A stretch of DNA of 64,000 nucleotides. Origin: Eledone cirrhosa. Taxonomy: Eukaryota. The translations under genes and the position numbers were made by a program. A model generated the notes under the pieces. That model saw only the letters and a program-made list of their open reading frames with translations. It ran no database searches and was not told where the DNA came from. The stretch is taken from the NCBI GenBank assembly GCA_964016885.1, contig OZ024742.1, positions 364,002,001-364,066,000 on the forward strand, written 5' to 3'. Positions 1 through 12,685 of the stretch are shown piece after piece (position 1 is the first letter of the stretch; every line of letters starts with the position of its first letter).

Positions 1-3000
1 GTGTGTAGGAAGGTAAGACACACGTGGATAGCAACACAACAGCCGTGTTATGTGTGTAGGATGGTAAGACACACGTGGACAGCAGCACAACAGCTGTGTT
101 ATGTGTGTAGGATGGTAAGACACACGTGGACAGCAGCACAACAGCTGTGTTATGTGTGTAGGATGGTAAGACACACGTGGACAGCAGCATAACAGCTATG
201 TTATGTGTGTAGGAAGGTAAGACACACGTGGACAGCAGCACAACAGCCGTGTTATGTGTGTAGGAAGGTAAGACACACGTGGACAGCAACACAACAACTT
301 TGTTATGTGTGTAGGAAGGTTGATACACGTGGACAGCAACACAACAGCCGTGTTATGTGTGTAGGATGGTAAGACACACGTGGACAGCAATACAACAGCC
401 GTGTTATGTGTGTAGGATGGTTTAGACACACGTGGACAGCAACACAACAGCCGTGTTATGTGTGTAGGAAGGTAAGACACACGTGGACAGCAGCACAACA
501 GCTGTGTTATGTGTGTAGGAAGATAAGACACACGTGGACAGCAGCACAACAGCCGTGTTATGTGTGTAGATTGGTTAGACATACGTGGACAGCATCACAA
601 CAGCTGTGTTATGTGTGTAGGATGGTAAGACACACGTGGACAGCAACACAACAGTTGTGTTATGTGTGTAGGATGGTAAGACACACGTGGACAGCAAAAC
701 AACAGCCGTGTTATGTGTGTAGGATGGTAAGATACACGTAGACAGCAGCACAACAGCCGTGTTATGTGTGTAGGATGGTAAGACACACGTGGACAGCGAC
801 ACAACAGCTGTGTTATGTGTGTAGATTTGTAAGACACACGTGGACAGCAGCACCACAGCCGTGTTATGTGTGTAGGATGGTAAGACACACGTGGACAGCA
901 ACACAACAGCTGTGTTATGTGTGTAGGATGGTAAGACACACGTGGACAGCAACACAACAGCCGTGTTATGTGTGTAGGAAGGTAAGACACACGTGGAAAG
1001 CAGCACAACAGCTGTGTTATGTGTGTAGGAAGGTAAGACTAACGTGGACAGCAATACAACAGCCGTGTTATGTGTGTAGGATGGTAAGACACACGTGGAC
1101 AGCAACACAACAGCCGTGTTATGTGTGTAGGATGGTAAGACACACGTGGACAGCAACACAACAGCCGTGTTATGTGTGTAGGAAGGTAATACACACGTGG
1201 ACAGCAGCACAACAGCTGTGTTATGTGTGTAGGATGGTAAGACACACGTGGACAGCAGCACAACAGCTGTGTTATGTGTATGGATTGGTAAGACACACGT
1301 GGACAGTAGCACAACAGCCGTGTTATGTGTGTAGATAGGTAAGACACACGTGGACAGCAGCACAACAGCTGTGTTATGTGTGTAGGATGGTAAGACACAC
1401 GTGGACAGCAGCACAACAGCCGTGTTATGTGTGTAGGATGGTAAGACACACGTGGACAGCAACACAATAGCTGTGTTATGTGTGTATGATGGTAAGACAC
1501 ACGTGGACAGCAACACAACAGCTGTGTTATGTGTGTAGGATGGTAAGACACACATGGAGAGCAGCACCACAGCTGTGTTATGTGTGTATGATGGAAATAC
1601 ACGTGGATAGCAGCACAACAGCTGTGTTATGTGTGTAGGTAGGTAAGACACACGTGGATAGCAACACAACAGCCGTGTTATGTGTGTAGGATGGTAAGAC
1701 ACACGTGGACAGCAGCACAACAGCTCTGTTATGTGTGTAGGATGGTAAGACACACGTGGACAGCAGCACAACAGCTGTGTTATGTGTGTAGGATGGTAAG
1801 ACACACGTGGACAGCAGTACAACAGCTGTGTTATGTGTGTAGGAAGGTAAGACACACGTGGACAGCAACACAACAGCTGTGTTATGTGTGTAGGAAGGTT
1901 GACACACGTGGAAAGCAGCACAACAGCTGTGTTATGTGTGTAGGAAGGTAAGAAACACGTGGACAGCAGGACAACAGCCGTGTTATGTGTGTAGATTGGT
2001 AAGACATACGTGGACAGCAACACAACAGCTGTGTTATGTGTGTAGGATGGTAAGACACACGTGGACAGCAACACAACAGCCGTGTATTGTGTGTAGGATG
2101 GTAAGACACACGTGGACAGCAGCACAACAGCCGTGTTATGTGTGTAGGATGGTAAGACACACGTGGACAGCAACACAACAGCTGTGATAAGTGTGTAGGA
2201 AGGTAAGACACACGTGGACAGCAGCACAACAGCCGTGTTATGTGTGTAGGATGGTAAGACACACGTGGACAGCAACACAACAGCTGTGTTATGTGTGTAG
2301 GATGGTAAGACACACGTGGACAGCAGCACAACAGCTGTGTTATGTGTGTAGGTAGGTAAGACACACGTGGACAGCAGCACAATAGCCGTGTTATGTGTGT
2401 GGATTGGTAAGACACACGTGGACAGTAGCACAACAGCCGTGTTATGTGTGTAGATTGGAAAGACACACGTGGACAGCAACACAACAGCTGTGTTATGTGT
2501 GTAGGATGGTAAGACACACATGGAGAGCAGCACCACAGCTGTGTTATGTGTGTATGATGGAAATACACGTGGATAGCAGCACAACAGCTGTGTTATGTGT
2601 GTAGGAAGGTAAGACACACGTGGATAGCAACACAACAGCCGTGTTATGTGTGTAGGATGGTAAGACACACGTGGACAGCAGCACAACAGCTCTGTTATGT
2701 GTGTAGGATGGTAAGACACACGTGGACAGCAGCACAACAGCTGTGTTATGTGTGTAGGATGGTAAGACACACGTGGACAGCAGCACAACAGCTGTGTTAT
2801 GTGTGTAGGAAGGTAAGACACACGTGGACAGCAACACAACAGCTGTGTTATGTGTGTAGGAAGGTTGACACACGTGGAAAGCAGCACAACAGCTGTGTTA
2901 TGTGTGTAGGAAGGTAAGAAACACGTGGACAGCAGGACAACAGCCGTGTTATGTGTGTAGATTGGTAAGACATACGTGGACAGCAACACAACAGCTGTGT

Positions 3001-4320
3001 TATGTGTGTAGGATGGTAAGACACACGTGGACAGCAACACAACAGCCGTGTTATGTGTGTAGGATGGTAAGACACACGTGGACAGCAGCACAACAGCCGT
3101 GTTATGTGTGTAGGATGGTAAGACACACGTGGACAGCAACACAACAGCTGTGATAAGTGTGTAGGAAGGTAAGACACACGTGGACAGCAGCACAACAGCC
3201 GTGTTATGTGTGTAGATTGGTAAGACACACGTGGACAGCAACACAACAGCTGTGTTATGTGTGTAGGATGGTAAGACACACGTGGACAGCAATACAACAG
3301 CCGTGTTATGTGTGTAGGATGGTAAGACACACGTGGACAGCAATACAACAGCCGTGTTATGTGTGTAGGATGGTAAGACACACGTGGACAGCAACACAAC
3401 AGCTGTGTTATGTGTGTAGGATGGTAAGACACACGTGGACAGCAATACAACAGCCGTGTTATGTGTGTAGGAAGGTAAGACACACGTGGACAGCAGCACA
3501 ACAGCTGTGTTATGTGTGTAGGATGGTTTAGACACACGTGGACAGCAACACAACAGCCGTGTTATGTGTGTAGGATGGTAAGACACACGTGGACAGCAAC
3601 ACAACAGCTGTGTTATGTGTGTAGGATGGTAAGACACACGTGGACAGCAGCACAACAGCTGTGTTATGTGTGTAGGTAGGTAAGACACACGTGGACAGCA
3701 GCACAATAGCCGTGTTATGTGTGTGGATTGGTAAGACACACGTGGACAGTAGCACAACAGCCGTGTTATGTGTGTAGATTGGTAAGACACACGTGGACAG
3801 CAACACAACAGCTGTGTTGTGTGTGTAGGATGGTAAGACACACATGGACAGCAGCACGACAGCTGTGTTATGTGTGTAGGATGATAAGACACACGTGGAC
3901 AGCAGTACAACAGCTGTGTTATGTGTGTAGGATGGTAAGACACACGTGGACAGCAGCACAACAGCTGTGTTATGTGTGTAGGATGGTAAAACACACGTGC
4001 ACAGCAGCACAACAGCTGTTTTATGTGTGTAGGAAGGTAATACACACGTGGACAGCAGCACTATAGCTGTGTTATGTGTGTAGGATGGTAAGACACACGT
4101 GGACAGCAGTACAATATCTGTGTTATGTGTGTAGGATGGTAAGATACACGTGGACAGCAGCACAACAGCTGTGTTATGTGTGTAGGATGGTAAGACACAC
4201 GTGGACAGCAGCACAACAGCTGTGTTATGTGTGTAGGACGGTAAGACACACGTAGACAGCAGCACAACAGCCGTGTTATGTGTGTAGGATGGTAAGACAC
4301 ACGAGGACATCGCACTACAC
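1..4320. repeat. 51-bp tandem satellite (~85 monomers in window, runs off left edge)
   Basis: Monomer GTGTGTAGGA(T/A)GGTAAGACACACGTGGACAGCA(G/A)CACAACAGC(T/C)GTGTTAT is repeated head-to-tail. It carries CACGTG in almost every unit and decays at ~4300-4325. Confidence 0.98.
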
Positions 4321-5230
4321 AGTTGCTACATGCGTAACTGAAGGACTTCAGTGTGATAATTGCAGTTTAACGTATCGAATGTTTTCTAAAAGTGGAAATG
4401 TTCTCATTGCGAACAAAATGATTTGTTGGGGCACTTATCTAATACTAATCAATACGTAATTACAAATATAATCACTACTAGTGTACAATTTAATCACTCA
4501 TACAAATGTTGAATAAATCAATTTCATTGAAAGAAAATTGAAAAAAGAAACGCAAATAACAATTAAAATTTATAGTAATTTAAATTATGTTCTCATTACT
4601 TTTCCCATCTTTTTCACTTCCATCGTATTTCGCTTCTTTCTCTCCTATTCCTCTTTTTCTGCTCTGCAACTATTTTTCTTTCTCCCACGTCTTTTGCTTT
4701 TGATTTTTTTTACCAACTCTTCTAACTGATCGTATAGGAGTTGTCTCTCTTTCTGTATTGGTTTTAAATGATAAATACACCAAGAAAAATATTTGTCTAG
4801 TATATAGCTCGTATAATTTGAGATGATCAACCGTATGCTAGAAGTTGAATAAATTCCTCAATTTTTAAGAATATTCTAACTTCATCGATTCAAATTTAGA
4901 TTTTTAAACATCCCAGTTAATAAACAATCTACTTAACTGATTTGTATAACGTCATCTCTAAACGTAATCACTTTACAACTACAACGAGAAGAGCAACATG
5001 ACAAAAAGTTAACTAAATGATCCACAAACGAAAGGCAGAAGATAATATTATCCCCAATGCCTTTATGTTTAATACAAAGTTGTATATCATTACAATGTAT
5101 ATCCTTTTTTAAACTGCATATTTCTGCAATTTCTACATCTGCAAGTATGTCTTTGTAAACTTATAGGAATTCTATTTATTTTAAGTTTATACGATATTTT
5201 ATATATTTTATTAATTGGAGTAATCGTATT

Positions 5231-5398
5231 CATGTAAGAGCTGTATGTTTAAGGAGTTTCGTTCCGAACCCCGTGGGTTACGGACAGTAGCAGTGCATTA
5301 CATCTCGGACATGTGTTGTCTAATATTGCCTCAGAAGTTCAATGTCACCTGACTGTAAATTGTGGGACGGAGACTAAGATAAATCTCGTCGTGTGTGT
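5231..5398 (+). mobile_element. Degenerate tRNA-derived SINE (cephalopod-type)
   Basis: Head 'gctgtatgtttaaggagtttcgttccgaacc..gggttacgg' and tail 'gacggagactaagataaatctcgtcgtgtgtgt' resemble a recalled octopus SINE consensus. Heavily diverged. Confidence 0.45.
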
Positions 5399-7065
5399 CT
5401 CATGATTGTCGTTAAAACAATGGAAAATGTCCGCAGTTAATGTAAGGAAATCAAAATCTCAAGAGGGGGTACTTAATTTTATTTCAAATTGGAGCGACAT
5501 CTACAGGATTAGTACAGTTTCATTATGCAGTGAAATCGTCAGGATATATAAACTCACACCAACACACACACACACCGTCATTTCCCATAATAAGAACAGA
5601 CACCAATCTATACGAAACTTATGCTATACACAACAGCAACAAACGTAATTGTCAATCCTGCAATCAGTCAATCCTATCCTCTATAGGTAAAATGCACCAG
5701 TTATAAATTAAAATCAATCACGCTCTAAAATATCTACCTCAGACTGAAGTAAAAATAAACAACCAGCCTGCTTCAATTCATAGTATGGGAGCGATGCACG
5801 TCATTGGGCTGCAGCCGTCACATTACGTAGTTTCTGTGTTACACTGCTGCGCCTAATGTTACATATGTTGCATTGCCCTCACAAATAAACTGTACAACCG
5901 ATATATATACATATTTATATAATTCATATATTTATAAGAACTGCGTGCACGTGTGTGTGTTTGTGTATGTGTGTATGGGTGTTGTAAGCAAAATACAAGA
6001 ATATATATCACTGTTCCTTATATCCGGTATACTGGTCGCTACTATTTTCTAATCCAGCATATTTCTATATGTATTTACGTAGTTGAAATATTTTATTTGG
6101 GTTATTCCCACATTCACTTTCAGGCAAACAAGGTCCACAATATGGTCACGTGACCTGGTATGAATAACAGATGAATCAGTTTAAAATCACATCTTATTCA
6201 TGGCGAAGGAGACATCGGTTTTTTGTGGTCCCAGGTGAACTTTGTCAGGGAAGAAAATACAAAATATTGGAATGTTACACAAGAAAATCAAATACCGGCT
6301 TTCGACGTTTTTATTGTGTATGAGCATCGATTGAAACTTGTGTACTTCTCACACAGAAATATGAATTATGAGGGCAACAGTTACAAAATCGAAATATCGG
6401 AAAAAAACTGATAACATCAAAACAGTGCTGCCATTTTGTTTTTATCTGTCACAGAATGTTCGAAGATGAGTTGTCTTTCTTCCGAAAATAAATTAGTTTA
6501 TGTTAGATATCTTTCGATGTCCTTTTCACAAATTCGGTAAACAGAATATACCTAACTCCTGTCTATCTTCCAGCTTTATCATCCCCCAGAAACTCTATTC
6601 TATAAAGAAGAAGGGACATTAATCTCTTGCTGTGGAATATTCATGAGTCTTGTACAATAAATTTCTAAATTATTTAATCTAATTATCTATTAAATTCTTC
6701 TGATCATATTCTATTACTATACCTATAGTATGATTACCATGTATTTAGAAAGTTCTCTCTGATTTGTTTATCACGAAATTAAACACTAAATGAACCATTA
6801 TTATAGATAATGCCAAACATATGGCATAATAGAAAGGAATATTCTCATAACATTTAGCATTAATTTATAAACTCTTCACATATATATATTTAGTAAATCA
6901 TTATGTGAACTATGATACACATTCGCGCACAAACACATACAACAATAAATATATATATATAAAAACAAATATAGTATTAAATATATAGTTCCAGGTAGAC
7001 CAAAGGACTGAGCAAGAAGGAAAGGTTAGAAGAGAGAGATTTATTTAGAGTTCTTTCCATAATAT

Positions 7066-7202
7066 ATCGGCCTGATTTGCATATTAGCAGACTATTGAAT
7101 GTGGCAAAGCCGACCATTGACCGCTGTCTGCTGATGTACAAATGTGCAGATCTGACTGATCAACCAGTCGGCTAATATGCAAATAAGGCCGATCAGTCAC
7201 TG
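7066..7202. mobile_element. Small TIR element (Tc1/mariner-like MITE relic)
   Basis: ATCGGCCTGATTTGCATATTAGC (7066-7088) is inverted at 7171-7193 with 1 mismatch. The right end reads ...CAGTCACTG-TA (reverse: TA-CAGTG). The left terminal ~9 bp are missing. Confidence 0.6.
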
Positions 7203-7419
7203 TATATTTTAGAAAATATATATTGTCGCTAGCTCTGACAGTTGGCAGTTGAACAGTGAGCTGTATTGATGAAGGGTGATACCCAGAACATTTAGTGTCT
7301 GCAGATCTGTCTACATGCCAACATAAGAGCAAGAAGGAAGGGTTCATTCTACTGACATGGCTATAAACATGAGCTTGTTAGCATAATTGCAAACGAATCG
7401 AATACTATTATTAATATTC

Positions 7420-7603
7420 AAATATGGTGAATTGGCAGTATTGGTAGAGGGTCAGACATGCTTTCCAGCGTAGTTACGTCCCTTTACGATTTGAGTTCAA
7501 AACCCGCCGAGATTAACTTTGTCTTTCATCCTTACAGGGTCGATAAAATAAAGTACCAGTAATACACTGGGTAATTGCTGGCCGTGTGCCAAAAGTAGAA
7601 ACA
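7420..7603 (+). mobile_element. tRNA-derived SINE with 13-bp target-site duplication
   Basis: B-box-like 'gagttcaaaacc' and body 'tttcatccttacagggtcgataaaataaagtaccagt'. Flanked by the direct repeat ATTATTAATATTC (7407-7419 and 7604-7616). Confidence 0.75.
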
Positions 7604-7626
7604 ATTATTAATATTCGAAAAACTCA

Positions 7627-7678
<52 letters not shown>

Positions 7679-7680
<2 letters not shown>

Positions 7681-9233
7681 CACCTCCACTCCACCCCTCA
7701 TCCGACCACCCTTCCCCAACTAACATACTAACATCCCTCCCTTCTTCTCCCCCCTCCTTATCACACGCACACACCCACCGGCACATATATACACGCGCTC
7801 ACACTAAATACACACCCTACTACCATCACTAACCCTTACCCCCACACCTCCATCCAACCACCCCGCAACTAACCTCACTAACACCCCCTGACCCCAAGCA
7901 CGCGAACACACGCACCCACTTACACCACCCACCCCACACGCAACTAACATCACTAACACCCCCCAACCCCACGCACACGTACCCACACACCCTCGTACAC
8001 CACCAACTCTACACACCCTACCACCACTAACCCCCACTCACACCTGCATTCAACCCTTTCCCCACCTCCCGTATACTAACACCCACTAACACCCCCTTCA
8101 TCAAACTACACACACACCAGTACACGACACTCCCTCCATAGAACTACACACACCCTTCTCTCCCGCTCCACCCACACCATCGCTCCACACTCACTCATCC
8201 CACTAACACCTCTACTAATACACACACACACCCTCCTCACTCCAACTTTCACACCTACCCATCCTCGCCCCTTTACCATTCCACCGACTGCTGCTATGCC
8301 CTCTGACCACGTTCCAGCACAAACAGACACACAGCACTCCCACCGGTTGACCACTTCCTGTTGCGCGCGCACCCCACATCTCTCCTCTTCCGACCATCTC
8401 TTCATGGAATACTCGTATGTGGAACTTGACCACCACGGAATCTACTAAACATCATAGGAATTTACCAACATTTCAACCATCCTCTTACGGAATCACCTAT
8501 ATAACTCACCCACACACACACCCAAAGAATGTTTTACTCCCACACGCCACCTACACCCACAACACGCTTAAACCCCACACACACGTGCTTTCCACCACAT
8601 ATTTACACCCTCAGCCTCCTGATTCCTCTCCCCCCAACCCTCTATCCACACACGCACAGACACTCCGACCTACAACCCCCCCACACTACACACACACGCC
8701 TCTTCCTGAACATGCAACCCCGTTCTTCCCCCAACCCTTACTTTCACATACACACACACACACACACACATACACCTACACACACACACCACCTTCAGCC
8801 CTCCCCGCTCGGACACCCTGTCTCCCTCTCCCCACTCCACCCGCCACCATCCCTACACCCCCCACACCCTTCCACCACCTGTTTTACCCCTTTTTAATTT
8901 CAGTTTTTTTTATCATGCTTTTATATTTATTTTTATTTCATTCCTTTTATTTTGATCATGCTTTTATATTTATTTTTATTTCGTTCCTTTTATTTTGATC
9001 ATGCTTTATTTTTATTTTTATTTTTAATTTCATTCGCACCGTTTCCTTTCGCTATATATCTCTCCACCACTCCCCTACACACCCTTTGAACTCTGTTCCC
9101 ACACACTTCTCACCTGAGGAAGGGCTTATGCCCGAAACGTCGTTCCCCACCACCACCCCACTCTCCAGAGCGTGAAATTAATAAACATTCGTTGTACTGC
9201 CTCTCTGTTTTGTTCCTGTTCACATTTTTCCAT
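7679..9233 (+). mobile_element. Non-coding C/A-rich Penelope-derived element ending in a hammerhead motif, between (TA)n tracts
   Basis: Bounded by (TA)n at 7633-7678 and 9234-9243. Has a 3' hammerhead core followed by AATAAA. No recognisable RT or endonuclease frame. Confidence 0.5.
9112..9143 (+). ncRNA. Minimal type I hammerhead ribozyme motif
   Basis: CTGAGGA-a-GGGC-ttat-GCCC-GAAA-cGTC. Palindromic stem III (ACGT) and only a 2-bp stem I. Confidence 0.65.
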
Positions 9234-9315
9234 TATATATATAAGTTATTCCGGGTTGAATCGTACGTAACCACAGTAAGTAAGGTACTCAATACATATC
9301 AGAGTATACAAGTTT

Positions 9316-9431
9316 TAATATAGATGAGATTCTACAGGACTAGAAACGTTTCATTCTTCAGAAATCATCAGATTCTTGATGATTTCTAAAGAATGAAACA
9401 GTTATAGTCCTGTAGAATCTCATCTATATTA
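9316..9431. repeat. Inverted duplication of a Penelope-type terminal repeat with hammerhead cores on both strands
   Basis: 55-bp arms around the loop GATTCT. Minus strand reads CTGATGA-tttctgaagaat-GAAAcgtttc; plus copy reads ttgatga...gaaacagtta. Confidence 0.75.
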
Positions 9432-10387
9432 TATAAAATCGGAGTTATCTTTCCTTTTTTCAATCATAAAAACTTTTTATACATAACTCCGTTAATTTAA
9501 TTTAAAACATTATCAATTTTAACTACCTATTTATTTACATAAAATGCAAAATGAACGTCCCTAGTAACTCATATTACGGACAACCACCTATAACTACCTA
9601 TTTATTTATTTTATAAACACAAAATCAGATCCCTCGTAACTCATATTATAAACAAACTATCCTTTTAATAAAAATACATATGCTACTATTAAAATATATA
9701 TAGATATTTATATATTATTATAATATGATATATACTTACAAACATAATTCTCCAAATATATACATAATATGGTCAAATATCTGAATATATTTCCCCCAAA
9801 TTAACATTTAAGTGGTCTTCCTTTTCCTTTTCTCTTATTTTTCCTTCTTCTTTAACGATATTTTGTTTGATAATCTATATAGCTTCGTTAAATTAACAAT
9901 ATTCTGAAAACACCCTCAATGTTGAACAACATTTTTGAATCCACAAATTCTTCTACTTTCACAATTTGAAAATACAATTTCAACTTCCTTCGTAACTCAT
10001 ATTTGATATATAAACAATCAATACATACGCAACTTATTAATATATAGATATTTATAACCATATAACCTATCCTAATGTAATAAGATAGAAATATTTACAA
10101 CCATAATTCTTCTTATAACTCATAATATAGGTAACAAACCTTTTCCCCCAAATTAACGTTATTCCTTTCTCTTCCTTCCTACGTATACAATAACTTATCA
10201 TAATTATTTAAATTTTCCATATCGTCTAAAATAACGTTTTTTTTCAGCCCTTTAACATAAACCTCATTTGCATACTCATATTAATAATTTTAAATATCTG
10301 GTTTCTCTTCCCTTCACTTTCCAGAGATAACTTGAACTATTAAGGTATATTATCCTTGGTTATGTCAAATATTTATAAAACATTTTG

Positions 10388-10448
10388 TATTTTATCTGAT
10401 GATAGCGTACCGACATTTTGGTACCCTTGAAATATATATAATAGAATA
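10388..10448 (+). ncRNA. Type I hammerhead ribozyme motif at the 3' end of an AT-rich PLE tail (~9432-10492)
   Basis: Stem I TATTTTAT/ATAGAATA, CTGATGA, stem II core GTACC/GGTAC, GAAA, palindromic TATATA, TA. Followed by AATAAA and (TA)n. Confidence 0.75.
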
Positions 10449-10487
10449 AATATGGTTTTATAAATATTGTTTCTATTCATTTAATAT

Positions 10488-10542
<55 letters not shown>

Positions 10543-10547
<5 letters not shown>

Positions 10548-10859
10548 AGGGTGAATATAAAATGAAAGTGCTTTTGTTAAAAAAGGAATTTATTAGGTAT
10601 TGACATATGTTTCTGTAACAGACCGAATACCTATGTATCGCTGCTTGCGTAATCATATAATGTTAGCAAGTATTCGATAGCAAATGTATAATCAGTGATT
10701 AAACAACTGATTATACATTTGCTATCGAATACTTGCTAACATTATATGATTACGCAAGCAGCGATACATAGGTATTCGGTCTGTTACAGAAACATATGTC
10801 AATACCTAATAAATTCCTTTTTTAACAAAAGCACTTTCATTTTATATTCATCCTTTCTA
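10543..10859. repeat. 154-bp near-perfect inverted repeat (PLE-type inverted terminal repeat)
   Basis: Arms 10543-10696 and 10706-10859 with one mismatch seen and a 9-nt loop. Contains the hammerhead 3' half GAAACATATGTC. Starts directly at (TA)n. Confidence 0.9.
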
Positions 10860-10960
10860 CATTTCTCCGGAATATAATTTATACTCGTTGAGCAAACCTG
10901 CACGTACGCTGTTCATCTCTAACGTAACGATATATTATCACTACATTATTGATAACCTGA

Positions 10961-10998
<38 letters not shown>

Positions 10999-12057
10999 AG
11001 AGTCAGGACACCGACGGCTGAACTCCGGCCATTTCAGCAGTTAGATCCGTCCGAACTATATATAGATATGAGGACGGAACTGAATGTAGTGAGATGAAAG
11101 TTAAGACGTGCGAAGTAGAAACAAAGGCGGAAAAAGAAAAAAGAATGAGTAAGATAAATATATACAATTGTTAGTGGGAGGAAAGAAAAAATAGAAACAT
11201 TTAGGAGGAATGTCAAATTTGCCAGAAAAGGAATTTGTCGAAAAAATTCCACTGCAATTTTCCACAGCAAGCGTTAGTAAATACTGGAAGGAAGAGGAGT
11301 GTGTTTATAGAATTTCCCAATAAACTAAGTAGCTGGGTTTGTTTTTTACATTTTGTCCGCTTTTTTCTACTTCAAACAAATCTAGAAATACTAAGAAGAA
11401 TTAAAGTAAAATTAGTAGGATACAATATATAAGTGAAACATGAGAGTGACCTAATACATTTGGTAATAAATCACTAGGTTATATGTATTAACTCTAATTG
11501 TTTTAGTAATAAATGACCTAAACTCTCAATCTATCTGTCATTATTGTTGCTGTTACTTCTTAAACACTATATTATCGTAAGACAATCTTTTTTTAGTATC
11601 GGCTTATTGATTCTAAGAGTAGGAATGTCTAGAAAGTGGATGGCAGCTGGGGTCTGATGATATCTATGAACTTGCAAGATTAACGTATATAAAGAATGAT
11701 GTACACATCCGCGAAAATACTATGAAATAGCTTCAAAAATAGATGCTATTAAATAGCTTCTAAAATAGTAACCCCTTTAAAAACAGCACTTGACAGCTAT
11801 GAAGATTCAAACTCCATATCTCCCACATACCGACTAGGCGCTTTAGTGAAGGTACAGAAATGAATCTTGCCGTCTTAAATTAGATAGATAGCTGCTGAGT
11901 CACAACTTTCAGGTGTCAAGAAGCATCGTAGTAAACAAACATCGTTTATACGTAACCGAGCTCTCACGAGCGGAGATGGTATAACACAGTTTAGAGACCG
12001 AGTGCGAATGCTCGAAGCAGGGAGAAAAGTGCTAAAGATAACCAATGACTAAGTTTT

Positions 12058-12560
12058 GTTAAACCAGTCGATAGATTCTACCAAGTATACATATAGTAAT
12101 GTCATCTGCTCCCTAGAAAACCCAGGGACCAGTGGGGTGTTAAAACTACCCATGGATTAATTGTCCCACCAAAACATTTGCAACAAGTCCCCTCTACTAA
12201 AGAAAACCTTGAAACCTTGCAATGGCGTTCAATCAGTCGATGAATTAATTCTACCATCGAATATGCATACATTAGTGCCATCTGCACCACCCTGGGGACA
12301 GGTAGGATGTTAAATAATTGCAACAAATTGCACTGTACCGAAGACACTCAGGAACGATGAAGTGGCTTTAAATCGGGTGATGGATTAATTATAACACCCC
12401 AAATATTTGCAACAGACATCGTTTATGACAGCCAATCATCATGTGATCGTGTTAAACCCGTTGATGGATTAAGTCACGTTGGAAAAGTGTGTCCAAACGT
12501 TATGACTACGTAAAACACACTGAAGGAGCAGTGGTATTATACTTAGTAACAGATTAAGTC
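12058..12560. repeat. Old degenerate ~85-bp tandem repeat
   Basis: Motif GTTAAAC.NGTYGATGGATTAA recurs at ~12058, 12139, 12227, 12366, 12451 and 12536. Confidence 0.6.
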
Positions 12561-12685
12561 TATTATCCATTAACACAGAATCCACACAAGCAGAACAAAT
12601 ACCACAACGAATCTCGGTCTACGTTTGAATTCTTTCGCCAATCCACCATGCTGGACAATTAATTGATATGGTGACCATCATTAAG

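Noticed and set aside
575-4045. 1156-aa Cys-rich ORF and the other ORFs in the satellite
   Set aside because: The 51-bp unit is stop-free in several frames on both strands. The ORF toggles between two unrelated peptide frames at indels, which is not how a constrained protein behaves.
1-4320. CRISPR-like array
   Set aside because: There are no unique spacers, the whole unit is repeated, no cas genes are present, and the context is eukaryotic.
5802-5858. Possible pre-miRNA hairpin (CATTGGGCTGCAGC...GCTGCGCCTAATG)
   Set aside because: The stem is short and bulged, and I recognise no known mature miRNA in it.
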